NCBI GenBank assembly: GCA_963843145.1 | Contig: CAWJJC010000028.1 | Coordinates: forward strand, 352,001-416,000 | DNA: 64,000 nucleotides | Origin: an uncultured delta proteobacterium | GTDB taxonomy: Bacteria; Desulfobacterota; RBG-13-43-22 | Reading direction: 5' to 3' | Part shown: in pieces, positions 30,508 through 40,669 of the stretch | Position numbering within the stretch: the first letter of the stretch is position 1 | Layout of the letters: each line of letters starts with the position of its first letter | Notes under the pieces: generated by a model | The model's database searches: none | Told to the model about the DNA's origin: nothing | Seen by the model: the letters and a program-made list of their open reading frames with translations, nothing else | Program-made: the position numbers and the translations under genes

Positions 30508-31080
30508 ATGCAGCTAAAAAAGTTGGCCATTAACCTGTTGGGCGTGGTTTTCTTCATTTTGATCAGCGTGCACTGTTCATTGATCTACTCGGCCGAGACC
30601 CTTCCTCCGGGAAGTAAGATGCCGGATTTTGAATTAAAAGGTCCGGCCTCACCCCAATCCAAGGCCTATCTGGAGGTTAGTGATGAAAAGCGCTTTTCTT
30701 TATCTCAGATTAAGACGAAAGTCGTTTTAATCGACTTTCTCGACGTATACTGACCCGTGTGTCAAAAAAACGCGCCTGTGGTCAACAGGGTCTATAATTT
30801 ATTTAAGGAAGACAAAAAGTTAAGTAAAGATTTCAAAATGATCGGCATTGCCATCGGAAATCAGCCCGATGAATTGTCCTCTTATAAAAAGGCTTTTAAA
30901 GTAGACTTTCCCTTGTATGTCGACCCCAAGAAAGAAATCGCCAAAAAGGCAAAAGTGCCAGCCGTTCCCCACACCATTTTGGTGGACAAGAACGGTAAAG
31001 TCCTCATGAATCACTCTGGCCCCATAGAGAACTTTGATGCTTATGTAATGGAGATCAAGAAAAAGTTACAGGCGCAATAG
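30508..31080 (+). CDS. Selenoprotein: TlpA/peroxiredoxin-like thioredoxin-fold protein with UxxC motif (190 aa)
   Basis: The two called ORFs are in frame across TGA 30751-30753, giving VVLIDFLDVY-U-PVCQKN; SECIS-like CCTGT-GGTCA-ACAGG; cis-Pro AVP; signal peptide. Confidence 0.9.
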
Positions 31081-31210
31081 CCGGACCCGGGGGAGGGAAT
31101 ACGATAATAACCGCCAGGCCTATGGCAGATTTCCAGGCCTCGCGAGGGCGCCTCAGTGCCCGGGGGCTGGTTAAGAATTCCAATTCGTTTGGGTTGATTG
31201 CGAGAGTAGA

Positions 31211-32134
31211 ATGCCCGTAAACGACGACGCGGCGGATGTCCTGGCCAGAAGCCCGGTTTTTCAAGGGCTGCCGAAGGAGGCGTTGGAGGCCATCGCCGGA
31301 GCGGTTGCCTTTCTGGTGGTGTCCCACAACTCAATCGTTCTCAGGCAGGGCGATCCCGGTGATTACCTCTACATCATCCGCTCCGGGTCCGTAAGGGTCT
31401 TCAGGAAAAACCAGGAGGGATTGAATTTAGATATTTCCATCAAGGGGCCGGGTGAGACCTTTGGGGAAATGGCGCTCCTGACCGGGGAACCCAGGTCAGC
31501 CGACGTGGAGACGTTGGAAGAGACCCACCTGATGGTTCTCTCCAAAGATCAACTGGATCAAATCATGAGCGAATTTCCCGACGTCTCCAAAATGTTCGTC
31601 AGGCAGATGCGGAGTTGGCTGATCAGCGATGAAAAGCGTCTTGAGATCCAGGCCCAAGAAGTACGCCAGTCTTTGCGGATTACCGGGTTTGATTTTCTTC
31701 TGGTTATGGTCGTCAGCCTTATCCTGGCAACGATTTTCAACTATTCCAATCCAAACGGAATCCCTCTTTTCCCCGACTATCCCGACAGAAACGCTTTCCC
31801 GACAATAAGTCCTGCGGTGGCCTGGGAAGAATTCCGCAGCCGTCAAACGCTTATTTTAGATGCCCGACCCGCCAATTTTTTTCAAGAGCGCCACATTAAA
31901 GGGGCGGTCAATTTTCCCTTGGCACTTTTCGATATCCTTTACCTGATGACCTTCGCCAAAGAAGACAAGGAAAGGAAAATTGTAGTCTATGGAGGAACGG
32001 TCAGCAAACTTTATGACTTGGAGTTGGCCGGGAAGCTGATCCTCCGCGGCTACGAGAAAGTCAGGGTCCTGGAAGGGGGTCTGGCGGCCTGGGAGGAAAG
32101 GGGTTTTCCCGTGGAAGAAAAGGAGAAGGAATGA
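31211..32134 (+). CDS. cNMP-binding domain + TM + rhodanese-like domain protein
   Basis: FGEMALL..PRSADV phosphate-binding cassette, TM helix, LDAR..HIKGA..LEGGLAAW; active-site Cys absent (VYGGT). Confidence 0.88.
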   Translation: MPVNDDAADVLARSPVFQGLPKEALEAIAGAVAFLVVSHNSIVLRQGDPGDYLYIIRSGSVRVFRKNQEGLNLDISIKGPGETFGEMALLTGEPRSADVETLEETHLMVLSKDQLDQIMSEFPDVSKMFVRQMRSWLISDEKRLEIQAQEVRQSLRITGFDFLLVMVVSLILATIFNYSNPNGIPLFPDYPDRNAFPTISPAVAWEEFRSRQTLILDARPANFFQERHIKGAVNFPLALFDILYLMTFAKEDKERKIVVYGGTVSKLYDLELAGKLILRGYEKVRVLEGGLAAWEERGFPVEEKEKE

Positions 32135-32634
32135 TCGGGCCTTACCTCCGGGGAATGTTGACGAGCAAATATTTAGCTTTCGCACTCCGGTTGTGCGTGG
32201 GAGGATTTTTCCTTTACGCCAGCATGAGCAAGATCGTTTACCCGGCTCAGTTTGCGGAAGCAACGGCCGATTACCGACTCTTGCCCTACTGGCTGCTTAA
32301 TCCGGTGGCGGTGTTTTTGCCGTGGGTGGAGTTTGTCTGCGGGCTGTTCCTGGTTATCGGATTCACCTCGAGGGCTTCCGTCGTCTTTATTGGATTATTG
32401 CTGGTGATGTTCAATATTATGGTACTGATCAACATGTACTGGGGGGCCTCCATCAGTTGCGGGTGTTACGATACTGTCGGTGAGCCCATCGGCTGGAAGA
32501 AAATCGCTGAAAACATTCTTTTGCTGATCTTTACCATCCACATCTACTATTTTGATCGACTCTTACAGTTTCGCCGGGGAGGCCGGACTGATCCGGCAAA
32601 AATCATGGTCCCTTCTCCTAATACTTCACGATAG
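32131..32634 (+). CDS. MauE/DoxX-family membrane protein
   Basis: LPWVEFVCG and ISCGCY motifs, 4 TM; overlaps the upstream stop. Confidence 0.87.
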   Translation: MIGPYLRGMLTSKYLAFALRLCVGGFFLYASMSKIVYPAQFAEATADYRLLPYWLLNPVAVFLPWVEFVCGLFLVIGFTSRASVVFIGLLLVMFNIMVLINMYWGASISCGCYDTVGEPIGWKKIAENILLLIFTIHIYYFDRLLQFRRGGRTDPAKIMVPSPNTSR

Positions 32635-32643
32635 GGGTCTCCC

Positions 32644-32988
32644 ATGGGTGTAACTCCAAAATCCTTTTTTCATTATCGGTTGCCGTCTCTTTTTCTGCTA
32701 TTGATCCTCGTAACCGCCTGCGGCTCAAAAAACGAAGTCGCCGGAAACTATCAGGCCTCGGGAAGAGACTTCCCCGGAGAGGCCACGACCGTTCTGGAGC
32801 TCAAGGCCAATGGAGACGGCGCCTGGAAATCAGGCGGTGAAGAAATACCCTTCTCCTGGTACCTCAAGGGCGCTGAGCTTAGAATTAACACCAAAGGGGG
32901 CGGAGTCATCGTCGGCGACATCGAAAGGGATACTATTCGCCTTACCCTTCCAGGCAGCAAGCAGTTAACTTTTCGGAAAATCAGGTGA
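32644..32988 (+). CDS. Putative lipoprotein
   Basis: Lipobox VTAC, beta-rich mature part. Confidence 0.75.
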   Translation: MGVTPKSFFHYRLPSLFLLLILVTACGSKNEVAGNYQASGRDFPGEATTVLELKANGDGAWKSGGEEIPFSWYLKGAELRINTKGGGVIVGDIERDTIRLTLPGSKQLTFRKIR

Positions 32989-33044
32989 CCAATGCTTTAT
33001 CCGATTACTGAAGGCCTGAAATTCGGCTTTACCGGCAGAGAAAC

Positions 33045-33806
33045 ATGGATTGGGAAAACGACCCGGCCTATTACGGTAAAATACTAACCGGCCATTACAG
33101 CCAGGCGCTTAAAGAGCGGGTGGCAAAATGTATAGCCAATAATCGCGCTTTCGAAGATACGGGAAACCCCGCTATCTGTTATATCGCCGCCTGGCATGAA
33201 AAAGATCGCATCATCTGGTACGAATTCGCCAGCAGTCGATTAAGCGAGTTGTTGGGTTGTGAAGCTTGTCAAGTAGCTGAAGTCTTCCGCCGCAGCGTGG
33301 TCGAGCGGCGCGTCTACAAATACCAAACGGATGAACCTGGAATAAAAAAAGAAATCATCCGCCGACCGGAACTGACCAGTTTCCGAAAACAGTTGCGCGA
33401 GGAGGTAAAAAAGACCGGTGTTATCGAGGCGGTTTATAAGCTTTCTTTATCCGCCGGTCGTTCTTTTTGGCTGAAGGATCAGGCCGAGATAGAAAGGCAT
33501 CCGAGGGACCACTCCAGCATCTCCCTTGGCTGCCTGACCGAGGTCTCCAAAGAAATGGAAGCCGCGGAAGAACGGGAGAGGCTGGTGGTAGAGCTTCAGG
33601 ATGCTTTATCCAAGGTCAAACAGCTTAGCGGTTTGCTGCCCATCTGTGCTTCCTGCAAAAAAATACGGGACGACCAAGGATATTGGAATCAGATCGAGGA
33701 ATATATTCGGAATCACTCCGAAGCCGATTTCAGCCACGGCCTTTGCCCCCCCTGCATCGAAAAACTTTATCCCGATTATGTTAGAAATAAAGGCAACAGG
33801 GATTAA
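33045..33806 (+). CDS. Signalling protein: degenerate PAS-like N-terminus plus C-terminal LPICxxCKKIRD domain
   Basis: GLLPICASCKKIRDDQGYW...FSHGLCPPC motif. Confidence 0.75.
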   Translation: MDWENDPAYYGKILTGHYSQALKERVAKCIANNRAFEDTGNPAICYIAAWHEKDRIIWYEFASSRLSELLGCEACQVAEVFRRSVVERRVYKYQTDEPGIKKEIIRRPELTSFRKQLREEVKKTGVIEAVYKLSLSAGRSFWLKDQAEIERHPRDHSSISLGCLTEVSKEMEAAEERERLVVELQDALSKVKQLSGLLPICASCKKIRDDQGYWNQIEEYIRNHSEADFSHGLCPPCIEKLYPDYVRNKGNRD

Positions 33807-33884
33807 ATGGTGCCATTTCAATTGGTAATTATTGAAGCTTTTTTTGACAACAGATCTCCTAATAATAAAAAATGAGGGCAAAGA

Positions 33885-34349
33885 ATGTATTTCGAGGAAT
33901 TTGTGGTTGGTGCTGAATTCGCTACTGGCCCGCGGCAGATAATCGATGCCGAGGTGACCGCTTTTTTGGATCTCTCCTTGCTTAAGAACCCGATTTTCAT
34001 GGATGACCAGGCCGCCCGGACAGTTGGGCACCCCAAACGCATTCTTCCGGCCCCGTTATTAATTAGTATGGCCATGGGCTTATGTCAGCAACGGGGGCTT
34101 TTCGACCATATGGTCGCAGTCTTGGAGTTCGAATACGTCAAGTTCCAGAGACCCAGCTATCTCGGGGATTCGGTCCAGGTAAAAAGCCGGGTAGTCCTGG
34201 CTCGACCGACCAAGAACCTTGGCCGGGGACTGGTCAAAATACGTTTTGAGCTCCACAATCAACGCCGGGAGTCCGTATTGGAAATGCAGGCGGTATATTT
34301 GATGGTGCGCCGGCCACCCGAGAAATCTATTTTGCCAACCACCCCTTGA
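33885..34349 (+). CDS. MaoC-family dehydratase
   Basis: MYFEEF..G, NPIFMD, hotdog-fold pattern. Confidence 0.85.
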   Translation: MYFEEFVVGAEFATGPRQIIDAEVTAFLDLSLLKNPIFMDDQAARTVGHPKRILPAPLLISMAMGLCQQRGLFDHMVAVLEFEYVKFQRPSYLGDSVQVKSRVVLARPTKNLGRGLVKIRFELHNQRRESVLEMQAVYLMVRRPPEKSILPTTP

Positions 34350-34384
34350 AGAAGCTATAGGGCTTATTAAGAAAATCTCCTTGC

Positions 34385-35223
34385 ATGGACAAGCTGATCA
34401 TTACCGCGGCCTTAACCGGCGCCGCCCCAACCAAGGAGCAAAACCCCGCCGTCCCTTACAGTCCGGAGGAAATCGCGACCGAAGCCCTGCGGTCCTGGCG
34501 GGCCGGAGCCGCTATCGTGCATATCCATGTTCGCGATCCCCAAAGCGGGAAGCCGGCCTTTGAAAAGGAACTCTTCGCCGAGGCGGTGGAGCGAATCCGG
34601 GCGGAGAGCGATGTGCTCATCAACCTGACCACCAGCGCTTTTAACCTGGAAGGACCGGAAGTGGGGCTCCGGCGCCTTATGCCTTTGGAACTGGAACCCG
34701 ACCTCTGCTCCCTGGATGTGGGCAGCCTCAATTTCCGGGGGGACGGGTCTTCAGCAATCCGCCGGATTGGGTGGAGACAGCCGCCTCCGCAATGCGGAAG
34801 GCCGGCGTGAAACCCGAACTGGAGGTCTTCGACCTGGGGCATATTCGCCAGGCCATCGATCTGGTGAAAAGGGGGCTTCTGGACGATCCGCCCTATTTTC
34901 AAATCTGTTTGGGAGTACCCTGGGGGATAAACGGCGACTTGGAGGGACTCCTGGCCATGAAGAACCGCCTGCCCATAGATTGTCAGTGGTCCGTAATGGG
35001 AGTAGGACCCAATCAGCTCCCGTTGACCACCCAGGCGTTGCTGATGGGTGGTCATATTCGAGTGGGATTTGAAGACAACCTCTACCTGAGCCGGGGGGTG
35101 AAAGCCGACTCCAATGCCCGGTTTGTGGAACGGTCCGCGGCCCTGGCGAAGCTGCTGGACCGGGAGGTGGCTTCCTGTGACGAGGCGCGGCAGATCCTTT
35201 GCTTGCCCCGGAACGAGAAATAA
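34385..35223 (+). pseudogene. BKACE / 3-keto-5-aminohexanoate cleavage enzyme family (DUF849), frameshifted in a G-run near 34737-34742
   Basis: IITAALTG, HIHVRD, PELEVFDLG and HIRVGFEDN are split over two frames; one extra G restores NFRGGRVFSNP; probably intact in vivo. Confidence 0.85.
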
Positions 35224-35309
35224 TAACTGTTCGCCATGAGGGGAAAAGCAAATGTTCAAGGCGGGCATCCCGAAGCATGAAAATAGGCTTTAAACGGGTC
35301 GAGTCGGTT

Positions 35310-35399
35310 CGTCATTCCGGACAAGCGAAGCGCGATCCGGAATCCAGGGCTCAGTTAAGCCTCAAAGGAACTGGATGCCGGATCGAGTCCGGCATGACG
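35310..35399. repeat. REP-like palindrome pair (GTCATTCC...GGAATCC family)
   Basis: CGTCATTCCGG...CCGGAATCCAG ... CTGGATGCCGG...CCGGCATGACG; related copies at 62174-62198 and about 3914-3990. Confidence 0.75.
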
Positions 35400-35462
35400 G
35401 CAAAAACAAATGCCCAAGGTGGCGCCTGACATTATTTTCGTATTAAAAGGGAGCCAATATTC

Positions 35463-36395
35463 ATGCAGGAAGTCGGAATTATCGGCGCCGGAACCATGGG
35501 CCACGGCATCGCCCAATGTTTCGCCGTCAAAGGGTGGCAGGTAAGGCTTTACGATGTCAACCGAGAGGTCCTCCGCAGCGCTCCGGCCCGCATCCGGTCT
35601 AATCTGGAACTTTTTCTGGAAGCCGGGTGGGCTAAACCGGAGGCCGTCGATGCAGCCCTTCAGAATATTGCTTTAGTCGAAGACCTGCCTTCGACCGTCC
35701 TGGACCTCGGGCTGATCATCGAGACGGTTAGTGAGGAACTGGATCTCAAGCGCCGTCTCTTTGCGGAATTGGAGAAACTGACCCGCCCGGAGACCATCCT
35801 CTGCAGCAATACCTCGGCCCTGAGCATTACTTCCATCAGCCGGGGCCTGAAGCATCCGGAACGGGTCTTGGGTACCCATTTCTGGAATCCACCCCATATC
35901 CTGCCCTGCGTGGAAGTAATCAAAAGCGAAACCACTTCCTGCCGGATTTTTGAAGAAGTCGTCTTCCTGTTGGCCGGTTTGGGAAAGGAACCGATCCGGG
36001 TTCTCCGGGATGTGCCCGGGTTCGTGGGCAACCGCATGCAGCACGCCCTGCAGCGGGAGGCCATGAACTTGGTGGACCAGGGGATTGCCGCGCCGGAGGA
36101 GGTGGACCGGGTGGTCAAATTCGGCTTTGGCTTGCGCCTGGCCCTGATGGGACCGTTGGAGCGGTCCGACTGGGGTGGGCTGGACATCACGTACCAGGTC
36201 CAGAAATATCTTCTGCCCTATCTCTGTAATGATACCAACCCTTCGCCGCTGCTGAGCCAAAAAGTGGCTGCCGGGGAGTTGGGAGCCAAGACCGGACAGG
36301 GCTGGTTTGACTGGCCGGAGGAGAAAAAGGCTCGGGCCATTCAGAAACGAGACCGTAAATTGATGGCGCTGATCCATTTTCTAAAGGAACCTTGA
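35463..36395 (+). CDS. 3-hydroxyacyl-CoA dehydrogenase family protein
   Basis: GAGTMG, SNTS, HFWNPP, PGFVGNR motifs. Confidence 0.92.
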   Translation: MQEVGIIGAGTMGHGIAQCFAVKGWQVRLYDVNREVLRSAPARIRSNLELFLEAGWAKPEAVDAALQNIALVEDLPSTVLDLGLIIETVSEELDLKRRLFAELEKLTRPETILCSNTSALSITSISRGLKHPERVLGTHFWNPPHILPCVEVIKSETTSCRIFEEVVFLLAGLGKEPIRVLRDVPGFVGNRMQHALQREAMNLVDQGIAAPEEVDRVVKFGFGLRLALMGPLERSDWGGLDITYQVQKYLLPYLCNDTNPSPLLSQKVAAGELGAKTGQGWFDWPEEKKARAIQKRDRKLMALIHFLKEP

Positions 36396-36437
36396 CTTCT
36401 CCGATTGTTTTAGTTAGACTAGTCTTATACTAGTCTA
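36392..36437 (+). promoter_or_regulatory. TA promoter with operator palindrome
   Basis: TTGACT-17-TAGACT; perfect inverted repeat TAGACTAGT-CTTAT-ACTAGTCTA at 36415-36437. Confidence 0.75.
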
Positions 36438-36458
36438 AAATCTCGGAAGGGAAAAGCG

Positions 36459-36698
36459 ATGGAACCCATTGGGGCCTACGAGGCCAAAACCCATCTTCCC
36501 AAACTGCTGGAACGGGTGGCGGCGGGAGAAAAGTTTCTGATTACCAAACATGGGCTTCCCGTGGCGGTTTTGCAGTCCCCGGCACCTCAAAGGAAATCCG
36601 ATCCCCGGGAGATCATTGCCGAACTACGCAAATTCCGTAAAAAAAACAGGCTTCGGGGCCTTTCCATTCGTGCCCTGATTGAGGAAGGTCGGCGGTAA
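36459..36698 (+). CDS. Phd/YefM antitoxin
   Basis: IGAYEAKTHLPKLLERV..GE..ITKHG motif. Confidence 0.92.
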   Translation: MEPIGAYEAKTHLPKLLERVAAGEKFLITKHGLPVAVLQSPAPQRKSDPREIIAELRKFRKKNRLRGLSIRALIEEGRR

Positions 36699-37121
36699 AT
36701 GGGCTTGGACTTGGTGATCGACAATTCGGTGGTCATGGCTTGGTGCTTCCAGGATGAGGTCGGTCATGAGGCGGATTCCATCCTGGATGGACTGGAACAG
36801 GGAAAGGCCTTCGTCCCTTCCATCTGGCCTTTAGAGGTTGGTAATGTACTGCTGGTGGCCGAACGACATCGTCGCTTGGGTGAAGGGGACAGCGCCCGCT
36901 TTTTGGCGTTGTTGTCCGAACTGCCGATCATTGTGGATCAGGAACCTCCGGAAAGGATGTTTAAAGAGATTCTGGCCCTGGCCCGACAGCAAAAAATCTC
37001 CACCTACGATGCCTCCTATCTGGATCTGGCTATGCGGAAAGGGCTTCCTCTGGCGACCCTGGACCGAAAACTTACCGCCGCAGCTCAAAGAAGCCAGGTT
37101 CCACTGTTCAAAACCGATTAG
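36699..37121 (+). CDS. VapC PIN-domain toxin
   Basis: VIDNSV, EVGN, YDASYLDLA, ATLD motifs. Confidence 0.92.
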   Translation: MGLDLVIDNSVVMAWCFQDEVGHEADSILDGLEQGKAFVPSIWPLEVGNVLLVAERHRRLGEGDSARFLALLSELPIIVDQEPPERMFKEILALARQQKISTYDASYLDLAMRKGLPLATLDRKLTAAAQRSQVPLFKTD

Positions 37122-37190
37122 TTCTATTTTTGGGCCACGGTTTAACTTGCGGATTAATCCGTTTCCTTGTCCCGTGCCGGGGGAGTCTCC

Positions 37191-39875
37191 ATGGACCAGC
37201 GAAAAGTCTTGTATCTGATCGACGGCAGTTCGTATATCTACCGGGCCTTTTACGCCATTGCCCACCTGTCCAACAGCAAAGGGATGCCCACCCAGGCCAT
37301 ATACGGTTTCGTCCAGATGGTGAACAAGGTTCTGGAGGAGCAGGAACCCCAATACCTGGCCCTGATCTTTGATGCCAAAGGGCCCACCTTTCGGCACCAG
37401 ATTTTTCCGGAGTACAAGGCCAACCGGCCCCCCATGCCGGAGGCCCTCCAGGTCCAGATTCCCTATATCAAAGCGGTCAGCCGGGGCTACGGCTTCCCCA
37501 TCTTGGAGAAGGAGGGGCTGGAGGCCGATGACCTGATCGGCACCCTGGCTTTGGAGGCGGAGAGAAAAGGGTTTGAGGTGGTCATCGTTTCCGGCGATAA
37601 GGACCTGATGCAGCTTATTTCCAAAAAGGTCTGGATGTGGGACACCCTGAAGGATCAAGTCTTTGACTTGAAAACCGTCCAGGAACGCTTCGGCACCACC
37701 CCGGATCATGTTCCCGACGTGATGGGCCTGTCGGGCGACAGCAGTGACAATATCCCCGGTGTTCCGGGCATCGGGGAGAAGACGGCGGTAAAACTGATCC
37801 AGGCCCATGGTTCCCTGGATAAGCTGCTGGAGAACCTGCCCAACGTCGCTCCCCCCAAGGTGCGGGAAAAAATTACCGCCTTTCAGGAACAGGCCCGCCT
37901 GTCCCGTCGGCTGGCAACTATCGACACCGGGGTTGTCCTGGATCTTTCCGTGGAGGAACTGAAGCCGGGGGCGGCGGATACGGAAAAATTAAAGGCCTTG
38001 TTTACTGAACTCGAGTTTAAAAAATTTCTGGACGGGTTGGGGGAGGTGGCGGAGGTGCGCGACCACCCCCGGGACTATCAAGGGGTTTTCGACCTGAAAG
38101 ACCTGGAGGGAATTATTGAACAAATCAAGAAAGCCGGCCGGGTGTCCCTGGACCTGGAAACGACCTCGCCGGACCCGATTCGGGCCGAGATTGTGGGTAT
38201 CGCCCTCTCCTGGAAGGAAGGTGAGGGGTTTTATCTCCCCGTGGGGCACACCTATTTAGGCGTCCCCGATCAACTACCGCGGGACCGGGTGCTGGCCGAT
38301 CTGACCGACCTGATTCAAGATTCCCGGATCGAAAAGATCGGTCAGAATATCAAGTACGAATGGCTAGTTCTGCGCCGCTACGGGTTGGATTACCAGGGGA
38401 TCGCCTTCGACACCATGCTGGCCTCCTACCTGCTCAACCCCGGCCGTCGGGCTCACAACCTGAATCAGATCGCCTGGGAACACCTCAATCAAAAACTGAT
38501 CACCTACAAGGAAGTGGTGGGCTCGGGTCCCAAGGCCTTGAATTTCAGTGCCGTGCCGGTGAACCGGGCCGTGGAGTACGCGGCTGAGGATGCGGAGGTC
38601 ACCCTGACGCTGGCGGACTTGCTGGGACCGCTGCTGATCAAAGAGGGGTTGGACGATCTGTTCAGGGAAATGGAAATGCCTTTGATCACCGTGCTGGCCG
38701 AAATGGAGTGGCAGGGTATTCGGATCGACAGCCGGTCTCTCAGCGATCTGTCCAAGGAGTTAGAGGGGAAATTAAATCAGATCGAGGAGCAGGTCTACAC
38801 CCTGGCCGGGGAACGCTTCAATCTCAACTCCCCGCAGCAGATGAGCCGGATCTTGTTCGAAAAACTGCAACTGCCCGCCGCCAAGAAAACCAAGGGGAAA
38901 AGCCACAGTTCCACGGACGCCGAGGTCCTCCGGGACCTGGCCGTGCAATACCCGATCGCCGCGGAAATCTGGAACTATCGAACCTTAAGCAAGCTGAAAT
39001 CCACCTACGTCGACGCCCTACCGAAGCTGATCAACCCGGAGACCGGACGGCTGCATACCTCCTTCAACCAGACCGTGACGGCTACCGGTCGGTTGAGCAG
39101 CAGCGAGCCCAATCTGCAGAACATTCCGGTACGCACCGAGGAGGGGCGCCGCATCCGACAGGCCTTTGTGGCCGAACCCGGTTGGGTGCTGCTGTCGGCC
39201 GACTATTCCCAGATCGAACTGCGGGTCATGGCCCATTACAGTCAGGACCCCAACTTGATGGCCGCCTTTCAAGCCGGGGAGGATGTGCATACCCGCACGG
39301 CCGTCGAATTGTTCAACGTGCCTTCCGATAAGGTGACCGCGGATATGCGTCGCCAGGCCAAGGTGATCAATTTCGGGATCATCTACGGCATGAGCGCCTT
39401 CGGTTTATCCAAGGAATTGGGGATCGGGGCCCGGGAGGCCCAGGAGATGATCGACCAGTATTTTCTAAAATATGAAGGCGTAAAACGCTTTCTGGATCAG
39501 ACGCTGGAGGAAGCGCGGGAAAACAGGTTTGTCACCACCCTCTTCAACCGGCGCCGGATCATCGAGGAAATCAACAGCTCCAACCGGGTGGCCCGCCAAT
39601 TCGCCGAACGAACGGCCATCAACACCCCCATTCAGGGGAGCGCCGCCGACCTGATCAAGATGGCCATGATTGTGATTGACCGGGAAATGAAAAAGCAGGG
39701 TCTGCGGGCCCGTATGCTCCTTCAGGTGCATGACGAACTGGTGTTCGAAGCCCCGGAGAAGGAAGTCGAGGCGCTGAAAAAACTGGTCAAGCAGCACATG
39801 GAAGCGGCTATGGAATTGCGGGTCCCGCTGCTGGTGCAGATCTCCACGGGGCGGAATTGGGCCGAGCTTAAATAG
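37191..39875 (+). CDS. polA: DNA polymerase I
   Basis: 5'-3' exonuclease IDGSS, 3'-5' exonuclease DLET, polymerase motifs DYSQIELR and QVHDEL. Confidence 0.98.
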   Translation: MDQRKVLYLIDGSSYIYRAFYAIAHLSNSKGMPTQAIYGFVQMVNKVLEEQEPQYLALIFDAKGPTFRHQIFPEYKANRPPMPEALQVQIPYIKAVSRGYGFPILEKEGLEADDLIGTLALEAERKGFEVVIVSGDKDLMQLISKKVWMWDTLKDQVFDLKTVQERFGTTPDHVPDVMGLSGDSSDNIPGVPGIGEKTAVKLIQAHGSLDKLLENLPNVAPPKVREKITAFQEQARLSRRLATIDTGVVLDLSVEELKPGAADTEKLKALFTELEFKKFLDGLGEVAEVRDHPRDYQGVFDLKDLEGIIEQIKKAGRVSLDLETTSPDPIRAEIVGIALSWKEGEGFYLPVGHTYLGVPDQLPRDRVLADLTDLIQDSRIEKIGQNIKYEWLVLRRYGLDYQGIAFDTMLASYLLNPGRRAHNLNQIAWEHLNQKLITYKEVVGSGPKALNFSAVPVNRAVEYAAEDAEVTLTLADLLGPLLIKEGLDDLFREMEMPLITVLAEMEWQGIRIDSRSLSDLSKELEGKLNQIEEQVYTLAGERFNLNSPQQMSRILFEKLQLPAAKKTKGKSHSSTDAEVLRDLAVQYPIAAEIWNYRTLSKLKSTYVDALPKLINPETGRLHTSFNQTVTATGRLSSSEPNLQNIPVRTEEGRRIRQAFVAEPGWVLLSADYSQIELRVMAHYSQDPNLMAAFQAGEDVHTRTAVELFNVPSDKVTADMRRQAKVINFGIIYGMSAFGLSKELGIGAREAQEMIDQYFLKYEGVKRFLDQTLEEARENRFVTTLFNRRRIIEEINSSNRVARQFAERTAINTPIQGSAADLIKMAMIVIDREMKKQGLRARMLLQVHDELVFEAPEKEVEALKKLVKQHMEAAMELRVPLLVQISTGRNWAELK

Positions 39876-40099
39876 GGCGACACAAGCCGGGGTCTGTTCG
39901 TCGGGAGGCCCAGGGGAAAAACAACCGCCCATTAAACGGTAGGGCAGGCGTCTCGCCTGCCGGCCTGGCAATGAGGATCGCTGATTAATTGACCGTGGTC
40001 AGGTTTGATACCTAGGTGACTTGGGAAACCGAGAAGGTCGGCGGGGACACCGAACCTGCGAAAGACAAGACACAAGCATAGTCCCTCTAAGTTTGAACG

Positions 40100-40440
40100 T
40101 CAGGTCGGCACCTGCCATTTCAGCCCCGGGAACCTGGCATAGTCGCGATCGAGGGTAATCCATTCACAGCCCGACTCGATGGCCAGGGCCGCGAACCAGG
40201 CAAGGTTGCCGCGGGCGTTCGCCTCGAGGCACAGGCGGGTAAATATGTCTCAATGGCGTTCCCCCGGTTGGATGATCAGACCGTGGGGTTGGGCTAACAG
40301 GATTTCACAGAATCCGACAACCTCATCCAGGCCACTCGGTTCCTTAAACACCTTCGGATGGGTGGTAATTCGAATAAGGCCGCTCAAAATCTGGGGTGAC
40401 AACCCAAAACGTCCCTCACCGTTGAACACCCCCTTCAGTA
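40100..40440 (-). pseudogene. VapC (PIN) toxin pseudogene
   Basis: Reads ..GLIRITTHPKVF..IQPGERH*DIFTRLC..RGNLAWFAALAIESGCEWITLDRDYARFPGLKW; lacks the N-terminus, has an internal stop at 40250 and appears to lack the catalytic Asp segment. Confidence 0.8.
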
Positions 40441-40544
40441 TGTCAAATAGAAAAAACCGGCCCGGTACGGGTAAATAAATTTGATTGATATTATAGTAAA
40501 AATCCGATAAAAAGATAGGTGATTCAGATTACAAAAAGAGAGTC

Positions 40545-40620
40545 ATCGTTAACCCTCACCCTGGAGGAAGCCGATCCAAACCAAAGCCTCGTTCTAAATT
40601 CTTAAAACGGGGCTTTTTTT
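40545..40620 (+). ncRNA. Putative sRNA/leader: hairpin motif followed by an intrinsic terminator (copy 2)
   Basis: ATCGTT-AACCCTCACCCTGGAGGAA-GCCGAT, then AAAGCCTCGTT/AACGGGGCTTT and T-run. Confidence 0.45.
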
Positions 40621-40669
40621 ATGCGGAGAGGGATTTGTTTCGCCTGGGTCCGGTTTATAAACAAGAAAG

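Noticed and set aside
40250-40252. In-frame TGA in the vapC-like frame as a possible Sec codon
   Set aside because: It falls where Trp is expected (ERHW), the gene also lacks its N-terminus and appears to lack catalytic residues, and I saw no convincing SECIS; it is a pseudogene
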